Positions 12,196 through 23,825 of a stretch of 64,000 nt of DNA are shown one piece after another. The notes below the pieces were generated by a model. The model saw nothing but the letters and a program-made list of their open reading frames with translations. It was not told where the DNA came from and searched no databases. Source of the stretch: Chiloscyllium plagiosum (lineage: Eukaryota); assembly GCF_004010195.1 (NCBI RefSeq), contig NC_057751.1:5729299-5793298 (forward strand), written 5' to 3'. Position numbers and translations under genes: made by a program. Position 1 is the stretch's first letter, and the number at the start of each line of letters is the position of its first letter.

Positions 12196-12947
12196 ACAAA
12201 GGACAAAGTTCAGTCGCCGGTCTATTATATCACACAGAAACAAACTGGAAAGCAAAAACCAGTTCCCAATCAGATGGACTGAGGGAAAACGACGGGGGCT
12301 AAGTCCTCGTGACGCTCAGTGGCCAAGCGCCGAGCTCTTCCATACTTGAAGAATTGCGTACGTTCTCTTCCCGGTCGAATCGTGCTTGGACTCAAAGCGG
12401 CTGGAGTAATGATCTCCATCCAAGACCTCACTCCACTCCACGACCAGTGCCATAATACAATAAACTTGATTTAAAAAGTAATAAGCCTAACATCACGGGG
12501 AAGCCCAGTTGGGAAATACAATTGTTGAACCCTCCGCCCCAGGCCCCACTTGACTCTGGGGTCTTGGCCATTGATCTCAACCTCGTAAAACTCTCACAAA
12601 CAGAACAGAGAAGTATTTTAGATCAACATGTTCGTAAGAGGTTGAAATTTAATTGTATCTCGGACGCAGTGAGCAGAAATTCCCTCCTTCCACCTTAAGG
12701 CGTCTTCGTCTTTCAATCTGGTTTCTTCCTCATTCCATCTGGACGAAAAGAACTTCTCTCATCATGTAAAGAATGCTCAGCAAGTCAGGCATCAAAGACG
12801 AGGTAAAAACGGCGTTAACGTTTCAAATCCACGGCCTGTCAAACATTTTAATCCGACTCAAGATACGACGGTTGCGCCTTCATTGCAGCAGGCAATCAGA
12901 AAACAAAAGTCTCCCGGCAAGTCTTAGCAAGGAGAACGCGACTTGTA

Positions 12948-13073
12948 CATGATTTGGAGATGCCGGTGTTGGAATGGGGTGGACAAAGTTAAACATCACA
13001 CAACACCAAGTTATAGTCCAACAGGTTTAATCGGAAGCACTAGTTTTCGGAGCGCTGCTCCTTCATCGGATGG
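12948..13073 (-). mobile_element. Short Penelope-type terminal fragment (second family) with mutated hammerhead core
   Basis: Minus strand reads CCGATGA-A-GGAGC-AGC-GCTCC-GAAA-ACTA-GTG. Nearly the same sequence as the element at 23619-23825. Confidence 0.75.
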
Positions 13074-13253
13074 AACCTCTGCGACTTCTCATTTCTATAA
13101 GAACTTGTTCAGCAGCCTCAAGAAAGCGTTTCAAAGTAACAATGCGACAGCAAAGCTGGATGCTTCTGTATCATGGCAGCATTTTGTGCTTTTCAAAAGA
13201 AGCTTAACACGGATGTTGCAAGTTTTCCATCTGCAACAGGCTACTTATTAAGA

Positions 13254-13702
13254 GCCCATCGTGTTGGGGGCGTATATTAGCGCGAATAGAAGATTGACTA
13301 ACTAAAAGAAGACAGAATTGAAATAAAGGGAGCGTTTTCAGGATAGCAACCTGGTGGAGTGCCATAGAAGTCACTGCTCGGGGCAAATTATTTTCAATAT
13401 GTATTCATGACTTGGATAAGGGAGATTAATATACTATAACCAGGTTTGCTGATGAAACAAAATAGATGGGAAAACAAGTGGAAAGGCTGACACAAAGAAT
13501 CTGCAGACCTCACATCGACAGGTTAAACAAATAGGCAAAGATTTGGCAGATGGAGTACAATGTGGGAAAATGTGAGGTTATGCTCTGTGACAGGAGGAAT
13601 AGAGGAGCTGAATATTATTTCAATGCAGAAAGCTGCAGCAGAAAGGGATTTGGAAATCCTCATGCATGAATCACAAAAAAACGGGCTCACAAGTTCAACA
13701 TG
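13254..13702 (+). mobile_element. Old degenerate CR1-clade RT fragment (host element, continues at ~16030-16112, ~16905-17050, ~21630-21750, ~22026-22270)
   Basis: Recognisable decayed RT motifs (tttgctgatga = FADD-like; tggcagatggagtacaatgtgggaaaatgtgagg = WQMEYNVGKCE). Pieces are collinear once later insertions are removed. Confidence 0.65.
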
Positions 13703-15845
13703 CAATAGTCAGAGGGAAATTGAGAAACAAACTTGTAAGGAGATCTCAGCTATCTGGAAAAATAATAGGGTGGTTATGGTAGGGGATTTTAACTTTCCAA
13801 ACATCGACTGGGACTGCCATAGCGTTAAAGGTTTAGATGGAGAGGAATTTCTTACGTGTGTACAAGACAATTTTCTGATTCAGTATGTGGATGTATCTAC
13901 TAGAGAAGGTGCAAAACTTGACCTACTGTTGGGAAATAAGGCAGGGCAGGTGACTGAGGTGTCAGAGGGGGAGCATTTTGGGACCAGTGACCATAATTCT
14001 ATTTGTTTTAAAATAGTGATGGAAAAGGATAGACCAAATCTAAAAGTTCTAAATTGGAGAAAGGCCAATTTTGACAGTATTAGGCAAGAACTTTCTAAAG
14101 TTGATTGGAGTTAAGAAAAAGAAGGAAGCATATGTCAGGTATAGACTGGATAAATCGAGTGAATCCTGAGAAGAGTATAAAAAAAGTAGGAGCATACTTA
14201 AGAGGGAAATCAGGAGGGCAAAACGGGGACATGAGATAGCTTTGGCAAATAGAATTAAGGAGAATCCAAAGGGGTTTTACAAATATATTAAGGACAAAAG
14301 GGTAGCAAGGGAGAGAATAGGGCCCCTCAAAGCTCAGCAAGGCGGCCTTTGTGTGGAGCCACAGAAAATGGGGGAGATACTAAATAAATATTTTGCATCA
14401 GTATTTACTGTGGAAAAGGATATGGAAGATATAGACTACAGGGGAATAGATGGTGACATCTTGCAAAATGTCCAGATTACAGAGGAGGAAGTGCTGGATG
14501 TCTTGAAACAGTTAAAGGTGGATAAATCCCCAGGACCTGATCAGGTGTACCCTAGAACTCTGTGGGAAGCTAGAGAATTGAGTGTTGGGCCTCTTGCTGA
14601 GATATTTGTATCATCAATAGTCACAGGTCAGGTGCCGGAAGACTGGAGGTTGACTAACATGGTGCCACTGTTTAAGAAGGGTGGTAAGGACAAGCCAGGG
14701 AACTATAGACCAGTGAGCCTGACCTTGGTGGTGGGCAAGTTGTTGTAGGGAATCCTGAGGGACAGGATGTACATGTATTTGGAAAGGCAAGGACTGATTC
14801 GATATAGTCAACATGGCTTTGTTTGTGGGAAATCATGTCTCACAAACTTGATTGAGTTTTTTGATGAAGTAACAAAGAAGATTGATGAGGGCAGAGCAGT
14901 AGATGTGATCTATATCGACTTCAGTAGGGCGTTTGANNNNNNNNNNNNNNNNNNNNNNNNNNNNNNNNNNNNNNNNNNNNNNNNNNNNNNNNNNNNNNNN
15001 NNNNNNNNNNNNNNNNNNNNNNNNNNNNNNNNNNNNNNNNNNNNNNNNNNNNNNNNNNNNNNNNNNNNNNNNNNNNNNNNNNNNNNNNNNNNNNNNNNNN
15101 NNNNNNNNNNNNNNNNNNNNNNNNNNNNNNNNNNNNNNNNNNNNNNNNNNNNNNNNNNNNNNNNNNNNNNNNNNNNNNNNNNNNNNNNNNNNNNNNNNNN
15201 NNNNNNNNNNNNNNNNNNNNNNNNNNNNNNNNNNNNNNNNNNNNNNNNNNNNNNNNNNNNNNNNNNNNNNNNNNNNNNNNNNNNNNNNNNNNNNNNNNNN
15301 NNNNNNNNNNNNNNNNNNNNNNNNNNNNNNNNNNNNNNNNNNNNNNNNNNNNNNNNNNNNNNNNNNNNNNNNNNNNNNNNNNNNNNNNNNNNNNNNNNNN
15401 NNNNNNNNNNNNNNNNNNNNNNNNNNNNNNNNNNNNNNNNNNNNNNNNNNNNNNNNNNNNNNNNNNNNNNNNNNNNNNNNNNNNNNNNNNNNNNNNNNNN
15501 NNNNNNNNNNNNNNNNNNNNNNNNNNNNNNNNNGGGTCGGGGAATCCAGAACTAGAGGGCATAGGTTTAGGGTGAGAGGGGAAAGATATAAAAGAGACCT
15601 ACAGGACAACTTTTTCACGCAGAGGGTGTTACGTGTATGGAATGAGCTGCCAGAGGATGTGGTGGAGGCTGGTACAATTGCAACATTTAAGAGGCATTTG
15701 GATGGATATATGAATAGGAAGGGTTTGGAGGGATATGGGCCGGGTGCTGGCAGGTGGGACTATATTGGGTTGGCTTATCTGGTCGGCATGGACGGGTTGG
15801 ACCAAAGGGTCTGTTTCCATGCTGTACATCTCTATGACTCTATGT
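13703..15845 (+). mobile_element. 5'-truncated CR1-clade LINE (endonuclease C-terminus, RT, 3' UTR), interrupted by an assembly gap
   Basis: ORF pieces contain MVGDFNFPNIDW, SDHN, KSPGPD, PGNYRPVSLT and QHGF...KSCLTNLIEFF. Ends in ctctatgactctatg short tandem tail. Contains stops and a deletion. Confidence 0.92.
14937..15533. other. Assembly gap (N run)
   Basis: Run of N bases inside a CR1 copy. Confidence 1.
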
Positions 15846-15865
15846 AATCGCGAAAGCAATTGGAA

Positions 15866-16028
15866 TAAAAATAGAAATTGCTGGAGAAACAGTGCAAATC
15901 TGACAGCATCTTAGGAGAGAAAGTCATGTGAACATTTTGAGACAGTGATCCTTCTTCGGTTAAGTTTCTCCAGCAATTTCTGTTTTTGTTTCAGATTTCC
16001 AGCATTGACAATTCTGCGTTTTACTTTG
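15866..16028. mobile_element. Old palindromic Penelope-derived insert
   Basis: agaaattgctggagaaac is inverted as gtttctccagcaatttct. Minus strand has a decayed CCGAAGA...AAAATGTT hammerhead-like remnant. Related to 11970-12195. Confidence 0.55.
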
Positions 16029-16119
16029 AGGAAAATGGAATATTGGTCCTATTTCAGAGGGAATGAAGTTTAAAAGTAGGGATGTCTTGATAAAACCTAT
16101 CAAGGCACTAGTTTGTTCC

Positions 16120-16900
16120 CACCATAAGATGACAAGATATAAAAGCAGAATTGGGGCATTCAGCCCATTGAGTCTGCTTCACCTTTCGATCATGTTTCTC
16201 AATCCCATTTTTCTGCCTTATCTCTGTAACCCTTGACCATCTTATTATTCAAGAGCCCGTCTATCATTTTTTAAATACACTCAATGATTTGCCCTCCACT
16301 GCCTTCTCAAGCAATGAGTTTCATAGATTGACCACCATCTGGCTGAAGAAACTCAGTTCTAAAGGATTGTCCCTTCACTCTGATGCTGTACTCTTGGGTT
16401 CTTGTCTCTCCAATTAATGGAAAGGTCTTCTCCATATCTGTTCTGTCCAGGCCTCTCAGTATTCTGTAGGTTTCAATAAGATCCTGCTTACTCTTCTAAA
16501 CTGCAATAGACCCAGAGCCCATAACTGCTCCTCACATGACAAGCTCTTCACCCTTTGGATCATTTTTGTAAATCTCCTTTGGGGTTCCCCCAATGCCAGG
16601 ACATCCTTCCTTAGATATGGGGCCCAAAATGGCTCACAATGTTCCACATGTGGTCTGATCAATGCCTTATGCAGCCTCAGCAGTAGATCTCTGCTCTTGC
16701 ATTCTAGGGCTCTTGAAATGAATGCCAACATAGCATTTGTCTTCCTAACTGCCAAATGAACTTGCATTTAAGCCTTAAGCGAGTCCTGAGCCAGGACTCA
16801 CAAATCCCTTTGTGCTTCAGATTTCTGATTCCTTTTCCAATTTAGAAAGCAGTCTTTGCTTCTAATTTTCTTACCAAAGTCGTAATTTAACATTTTCCTC
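16120..16900 (-). mobile_element. CR1-clade LINE 3' fragment
   Basis: ORF 16767-16456 (KALIRPHVEHCEPFWAPYLRKDVLAL) is the CR1 ORF2 C-terminus, followed by a CR1-type 3' UTR. Confidence 0.85.
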
Positions 16901-17995
16901 CATTACATATATGGTAGATAGTTTAATCTAAGGAAAGATATACCAGTGTTGGAGGAAGATGGGAAAATATTTACTGGGTCAATTCCGGGTAAGGATGGAT
17001 TGTTTTATGAGGAGAGATTGGGTAGGCTGAGCCTGCATTCACTGGAGTTAAGTCAAATATGCAGCAAATGTCAGTCACACCCACTAGATTAAATAATTCA
17101 AATTCAGTTAGTGATCAGGAAAAACAGGGTATGACTGTAAGTGAGGCAGGTAGGAGTATTCTGAGTTCAGGAGTGGAGGAACCTCAGCCCTTGACCTTGT
17201 CTGACAGGTATGAGATTTTTGCTCCCTGTCTGGATGAGGAAAAGGACTGGGGACAGGATGAGCCAGCTGACCATGGCACCATGGTGCAGAAGTCCATTCA
17301 AGAGGAGTGAGCAAAAAGACAAGTACTTGTTTTATAATATAGGGGATTCCATAATTAGGGGGACAGATAGTATCCTTTGTGAGCCGAATCAGGAGTCCCA
17401 CATAGTGTGTTACCTGCCTGGTGCCAGGGTGCAGGACATCTCCGACCAGCTTGAAAAGATATTGGAGCAGGAGGGAAAGGATCCAGTTGTTGTGGTCCAT
17501 GTTGGCATAAACAACATAGGCAAGGCTAAGAAGGAGAACCTGTGTGGGGATTATCAAGCACTCGGAAGGAAATTGAAGAACAGGTCCTTGAGAGTCATAA
17601 TCTCTAGAATACTGCCTGAGCCACGTGCTAATTGGCATAGGGATAAGAAAATTAGGGAAGTAAACATGTGTCTAAGATATGGGTGTAGGAAAGAGGGATT
17701 CCATTTCATGGGACATTGGCATCAGTTTCGGAACCGGGAAGTTCTGTACTGATGGAATGATCTCCACCTGAACTGATCTGGAAACAGTGTTCTGGTGAAA
17801 AGGATAAACAGGGTGGTCACTAGGACCTTAAACTTGTGAGTTGGAGTGGGGGAGGGAAAGAAAAAGCAACAGGGAATTTCAAGTCAATTAGAAAGATAAG
17901 CAGCAGGTTAGCTTGTCTGCAGGTTTTAGGTTCGAGGCAGACTAGGAATGAAGCAAAAATGAAGGATATCTTAGGACAAACTACTTGAGGTAATA

Positions 17996-18215
17996 ATCTT
18001 TGAGGAGAAAGTGAGGTCTGCAGATGCTGGAGATCAGAGCTGGAAATGTGTTGCTGGAAAAGCGCAGCAGGTCAGGCAGCATCCAGGGAACAGGAGAATC
18101 GACGTTTCGTGCATAAGCCCTTCTTCAGGAAGAAAGGCTTATGCCCGAAACGTCGATTCTCCTGTTCCCTGGATGCTGCCTGACCCGCTGCGCTTTTCCA
18201 GCAACACATTTCCAG
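17996..18215. mobile_element. Palindromic Penelope-derived insert with 14-bp TSD and hammerhead motif
   Basis: TSD tacttgaggtaata at 17982-17995 and 18216-18229. About 90-bp inverted arms centred near 18128. Minus strand CTGAAGA-A-GGGC-TTAT-GCAC-GAAA-CGTC at 18128-18101. Confidence 0.9.
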
Positions 18216-18643
18216 TACTTGAGGTAATAGAAATCATGAGGATAAGGAAATCAGCATTTAGGTGCTGTACCTGAATGCTTGTAGTATTTGTAACAAAGTA
18301 GATGAATTAACAACACAAATCATCATGAATGATTATGATGTGGTCTGCATCACAGAGACGTGATTGCAGGGGGTTCAGGACTGGCAGTTAAACATCCAAG
18401 GATGTAAAACTTATCGAAAAGACAGGGAGGTGGGCAGAGGGGGCAGGTTTGCCTTGTTAGTTAAGAATGAAATTAAATCTATGGCACTGAATGACATAGT
18501 TTCAGATGATGTGGAGTCTGTGTGGGTGGAGTTGAGGAACCACAAAGGCAAAAAAAATCAGAATTAGAGTTATGTACAGACCTCCCAGCAGTGTCCAGGA
18601 CTCGGGGCGCAAGATGAACCAGGAAATAGACAGGGCATGTCAG

Positions 18644-18801
18644 AAACGAAAAATATGTTGCTGGAAAAGTGCAGCAGGTCAGGCAGCATCAAAGGAGCAG
18701 GAGAATCTCCTGTTCCTTTGATACTGCCTGACTTGCTGCGCTTTTCCAGCAACCCATTTTTCAGTTCTGATCTCCAGCATCTGCAGTCCTCACTTTTTCC
18801 T
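18644..18801. mobile_element. Palindromic Penelope-derived insert with 12-bp TSD, hammerhead core absent
   Basis: TSD agggcatgtcag at 18632-18643 and 18802-18813. Inverted arms centred on ggagaatctcc (~18705). Same family as 17996-18215. Confidence 0.88.
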
Positions 18802-19449
18802 AGGGCATGTCAGCAAGGCAAGGTCACAGTGATCATGGGGGACTTCAATAAGCAAATGGACTGGGTGAATAATGTTGCTGGTGGATCTAAAGAAAGGGAA
18901 TTCATGGAATGCTTACAGGATGGCTTTTTGGTACAGCTTGTGATGGAGCTCACAAGGGAGTAGGCTATTCTGGACTTCGTGTCATGTAATGAGCCAGACT
19001 TTATAAAAGATCTCGAAGTAAGGAAACACTTAAGAGGCAGCAATCATAATATGGTAGAGTTCAGTCTGCAGTTTGAGAGAGAGAAGGCAAAATTGGATGA
19101 AATGGTGTTGTAGTTAAATAAAGGTAATTACAAGGGCATGAGGGAGGAACTGATGAAAATCAACTGGAAGCAGAGCCTAACAGGGAAGAAAGTAGAGCAA
19201 CAATGACAGGAATTTCTGGGTGTAATTGAGGACACAGTACAGAGGTTCATCCCAAAGAAAAGAAAGATTATAAAAATTATCTGGGGGGGCGGTGAGGGGG
19301 GGGTGTAGTTGGTGGTGACAGGGAATTACACAACCATGGCTGATAAATAAAGTCAGCCTATAAAGTGGCCAAGAGCACTGGCAAATCAGAAGGTTGGGAA
19401 GACTACAAAAACAAACAGAGGATAGCAAAGAGAGAAATAAGGAAGGAGA

Positions 19450-19772
19450 GGGGGCTGCACGGTGGCACAGTGGTTAGCACTGTTGCCTCACAGCACCAGA
19501 GAGCCGAGTTCAATTCCTACCTCAGGCAACTGTCTGTGTGGAGTTTGTACATTCTCCCCGTGTCTGTGTGGGTTCCCTCCGGGTGCTCCGGTTTCCTCCC
19601 ACAGTCCAAAAATGTGCCGGTTAGGTGAATTGACCATGCTAATTGGCCCATCATGTTAGGTGTAGGGGAATGGGTCTGCGTGGGTTGCTCTTCAGAGGGT
19701 CGGTGTGGACTTGTTGGGCCGAAGGGCTTGTTTCCACACTGTAAGAAATCTAAAAAAGAAATCTAAAAAAAA
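19450..19772 (+). mobile_element. HE1-like tRNA-derived V-SINE
   Basis: Box A TGGCACAGTGG (19463-19473) and box B GTTCAATTCC (19508-19517). V-domain tgtgtggagtttgtacattctccccgtgtctg...ctccggtttcctccc. CR1-like tail and A-rich end. Confidence 0.9.
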
Positions 19773-21770
19773 ATGAAGGTAAGCTAACCAGTAATATTAG
19801 AAATGATAGTATAAGTTTCTTTCAATAAATAAGAAACAAATGAGAGGCAAAAGTAGAAATTGGGCCGTTCCAAATTGATGCAGGAAGGCTAGGGATGGGA
19901 GATAAGGAAGTAGCTGAAGAACTTAATAAAAACTTTGTGTCAGCCTTCACAGTGGAAGACATGAGTAATATTCCAACAATTAAGGTGAGTCAAGGGCAAA
20001 GTTGAGTAGCCATTACAAAAGACAAAGTGCTAAAAAAGCTAAAATGTCTAAAAATTGATAAATCTTCTTGCCCCAATGTGCTACATCCTTGAGTTCTGAG
20101 GGAGGTGGCTGAAGAAATAGTGGAGACGTTGGTTGTAATCTTTCAAAAATCACTGGATTCAGGGAAAGTCTCAGATGATTGGAAAATCACTTTTGTATCC
20201 CCTTGCTCAAGAAAGGATCAGGACAAAAGATGGAAATTTTTAGGGCGATTAGCCTAACCTGGTTTTAGGTAAAATTCTAGAATCCATCATTAAGGATGAG
20301 ATTGCTAAATTCTTGGAAGTGCAGGGTGAGATTAGAACAAGTCAGCATGGATTTAGTAAGGGGAGGGCGTGCCTGACAAACCTGTTAGAATTCTTTGAAG
20401 AGGTAACAAGTAGGTTAGGCCAGGGAAACCCGGTGGATGTTATCTTCCAAGACTGTCTAAAGGCCTTTGATAAGGTGTCACACTGGAGGCTGCTGAGTAA
20501 GGTGAGGGCCCATGGTGTTCAAGGTGAGCTGCTGGCATGGACTGAGGATTGGCTGTCTGACAGAAGGCAGAGAGTTGGGATGAAAAGTTCTTTTTCAGAA
20601 TGGCAGCTAGCGACAAGTGGTGTCCTGCAGGGTTCACTGTTGGGGCCGCAGCTGTTCACTTTATATTCAATGATCTGGATGAGGGGGCTGGTGGCATTCT
20701 GGTGAAGTTTGCCAATAATACGAAGTTATGTGGACAGGCAGGTAGTTCTGAGGAGGTGGGAAAGCTGCAGAAAGATTTAGACAGTTAAGGAGAGTGGTCT
20801 AAGAAATGGCTGATGAAATTCAATGTGAGCAAATGCAGGGCCTTGCACTTTGGAAAAAAGAATACAGGCATTGACTATTTTCCAAATGGTGAGAAAATTG
20901 ATAAAGCCAAAGTACAAAGGGATCTGGGAGTGCTAGTCCAGGATTCTCTAAAGGTTGACTTGCAGCTTGAGTCCATGGTTAAAAAGCAAATGTAATGTTG
21001 TCATTTATCTCAAGAGGGTTGAAATGCAAAAGCAGCAATTTGCTACTGAGACTTTATAAAGCTCTCATTCGGCCCCTTTTAGAATACTGTGTCCCGTTTT
21101 AGGCCCCACAACTCAGGAAGGACATACTGGCACTGGAGCATGTCCAGCGGAGATTCACATGGATGATTCCTGGAATGGTAGGCTTAACATACAATAAACG
21201 GCTGAGGATCCTGGAATTGTATTCATTAGCGTTTAGAAGGTTGAGGGGAGATCTAATAGAAACTTACAAGATAATGCATGGCTTAGAAAGGGTGGATGCT
21301 GGGAATTTGTTTCCATCAGGCAGGGATACTAGGACCCGTGGACACAGCCTTGGAATTAGAGGGGGTCAATTTAAAATGGAAATGAGGAGACATTTCTTCA
21401 GCCATAGAGTGGCAGGCCTGTGGAACTTATTGCTATGGACCGTAGTGGAGGCCGGGACATTAAATGTCTTCAAGGCAGAGATTGATAAATTCTTAATCTC
21501 GCAAGGAATTGAGGGATACAGGGAGAGTGCAGATAAGTGGCATTGAAATGTCCATCAGCCATGATTGAATAGCGGAGTGGACTTGATGGGCCAAATGAAG
21601 TTACTTCCACTCCGATGTCTTAGGGTTGTAACTTTGTTGAAACACACAAGATTCTTAGTGGGCTTGACAGGATGGATGTGGTGAGGTTGTTTTCCCTTGT
21701 GGGAACATCTGAAACTAGAGGGTATAATCCCAGAGTGAAGATCATCCAGTTACGACATAAATCTTTTACA

Positions 21771-22025
21771 GATTAGACTACTTACAGTGTGGAAACAGGC
21801 CTTTCGACTCAACAAGTCCACACCGACCCTCCGAAGAGCAGCTCATTCAGACCCACTTACCCCATCACCCAACACTACGGGCAATTTAGCATGGCCAATT
21901 CACCCTAACCTACACATTTTTGGACTGTGGGAGGAAACCGGAGCACCCGGAGGAAACCCACGCAGACATGGGGAGAATGTGCAAACTCCACACAGACAGT
22001 CGTCCGAGGGTGGGACCGTGCCGCC
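21771..22025 (-). mobile_element. HE1-like V-SINE with internal deletion in the tRNA head
   Basis: Reverse complement of the 19450-19772 element (tgggaggaaaccggagcacccggaggaaacccacgcagac; head accgtgccgcc). Confidence 0.88.
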
Positions 22026-22439
22026 GAGGAGTGATTTATTCTCTCAGAGGATTCGTGAATCTATGGAATTCTTTCCCACAGAAAGCTGCCTAGGCTGGTC
22101 ATTTAGTACGTTCAAATCTGAGATTGATTTTTAACCGGTAAGAAAATCAAGTGGTATGGGAAAAGGCAGGAAAGTCGAATTGAGGATGATCAGATCAGTC
22201 ATGATCTTATTAAGTAGCAGAGCAGATTTAATGGGCGGAATGCCTGTTTCTCCTCCCACGTCTTATTTCAAGTACTTTTGACAAGAAACACAATCCGCCA
22301 AGAGGTGAACATCACGACTCTCTCAGACCGACTGGATATCCACATTGGCATATTCGTCCAAAATGTGAACTGCTGGTTCTCTTGGAGAGATCTGGCCTCC
22401 CACCTATGGTCAAGAAAATTGAAGAATTCCAACAGCAGA

Positions 22440-22650
22440 CACGGGGAACACTACTGTCCTGACTTGGAAATATATCGCCGCTCACTGCGTCAATATCCTG
22501 GAATTCCCTCCCTCCCTCAGGGGCATTGCTGGTCTCTACCTGCAACACATGGCCTGCAGCGGTTAAAGAAGGCAGCTCACCACCACCTTCTCCAGGTGCA
22601 ACTAGGGACTGGCAATAAATGCTGGGTCCGGGCAGCGGCGTCCCATAAAG
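22440..22650 (+). repeat. Dispersed repeat, probable LINE 3' tail (related decayed copies at ~24290-24450 and ~57900-58060)
   Basis: gcagctcaccaccaccttctc...gggactggcaataaatgctgg motif recurs in degenerate form elsewhere in the window. Family not assigned. Confidence 0.55.
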
Positions 22651-23618
22651 GAATACAAAGAAAGCTTTCAAAATACGGATTGATCTCGCACACCGGGAGG
22701 CGGCACCGGATCAAAGTGCTCAGCAATCGGTCTTTTCTTTTTGGTCAAAGCTCTCTGTTATTTCAGACAGCGCACCAATTCTGAGAGTTTTTAAAAAATT
22801 TTTCACTTGTCAGCTCGCGGTCTCAGCCCCATCGATATTTTCGAAAGTCGGCAAGTGATACCGCCTTCATGTCAATCGCGACACGTGCATTTGAAACACG
22901 GGATCGCTTTCTTTCGGAGGGGGGGAGGGGGTGGCGACGGTTTTCCTCCCCCGCCTCCTCATTGTCACTCGTCTCGTCCAACTTCCCCTCCTCGCACACA
23001 TACCCCCCACCATCTGAAGGCCAAGCTTCTCGTCCAGTGTCAAGGGGCAACCACCCGACTCTCACCAAATGGTTTGATATCACACCGCTTTCCGCTTGCC
23101 CTCGATTCACTTGCCACAAAATAATCATTTCTGATCTGCACAATGGGGGTCTTGGCTGAAAATATTCTTTGAGAATTTGTTTAGGGGCGAGAATTGTGGG
23201 AAGAAAAAGGGAATAGCCACTGACAGAACCCGAGCCCTCACTTTGGCCCGAGAGATGCACATACACTCCACGCAGTCTCCTCCAACTCTCGAGGTGAACC
23301 ATCAGCTCCCCCAGACCAGTTTCTCACGGTTTAAAATTCTCGTTCGGCTGTCCAATGTAAATCAGAATAGTCAGGGCGCAGAAGGAGGTGATTGGGCCCA
23401 TCGTGCCTGCACCCGGCAAACATTCCACCTTTGGCCGCTCCTCTGCTAAGGGTAGTTTTCACCTCCAAAAACAGCAGGGAGAAAATAATGGTTCTCAGGC
23501 TCCGGTTGGTACAAGCATCAGACACTGGCTGAAGTGGGACATCAATGTTTGGTCGCAATTTCACCGATCTAACTGGGAATACTCCTCTCATGCTATGTTC
23601 TACCTTATTATCAACGTT

Positions 23619-23825
23619 AAAAATCACACAACACCAGGTTATAGTCCAACAGGTTTAATTGGAAGCACACTATCTTTCGGAGCGACGCTCCTTCATCAGA
23701 TGATTGTGAGCGTCGCTCCGAAAGGTAGTGTGCTTCCAATTAAATCTGTTGGACTATAACCTGGTGTTGTGTGATTTTTAACTTTGTACAACACCCCAGT
23801 CCAACACCGGCATCTCCGAATCATG
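23619..23825. mobile_element. Palindromic Penelope-type insert with 15-bp TSD and well-preserved minimal hammerhead motif
   Basis: TSD cttattatcaacgtt at 23604-23618 and 23826-23840. About 75-bp inverted arms. Minus strand CAT-CTGATGA-A-GGAGC-GTC-GCTCC-GAAA-GA-TA-GTG at 23702-23668. Confidence 0.9.

Larger units (their letters stand above)
17056..21625 (+). mobile_element. Near full-length decayed CR1-clade LINE (ORF1 SGNH esterase; ORF2 APE endonuclease + RT) with three nested inserts
   Basis: ORF1 pieces IGDSIIRG, YLPGARVQD and VVHVGINN. ORF2 pieces MGDFN, QHGFSKGRACLTNLLEFF, SGVLQGSLLGP and RRLRGDLIETYK. Many stops and frameshifts. Confidence 0.92.

Noticed and set aside
14767..15847. Long ORFs spanning the first N run (also 46700-48078)
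   Set aside because: Their length is an artefact of untranslatable N bases; flanks are CR1 ORF2.
17210..17830. Stand-alone SGNH/GDSL esterase gene (also 49793-50323)
   Set aside because: Both are the ORF1 esterase domain of CR1 elements, adjacent to EN-RT remnants.
19450..19530. tRNA gene (box A and box B present)
   Set aside because: It is the tRNA-derived head of an HE1-like SINE, followed by the V-domain and LINE tail.
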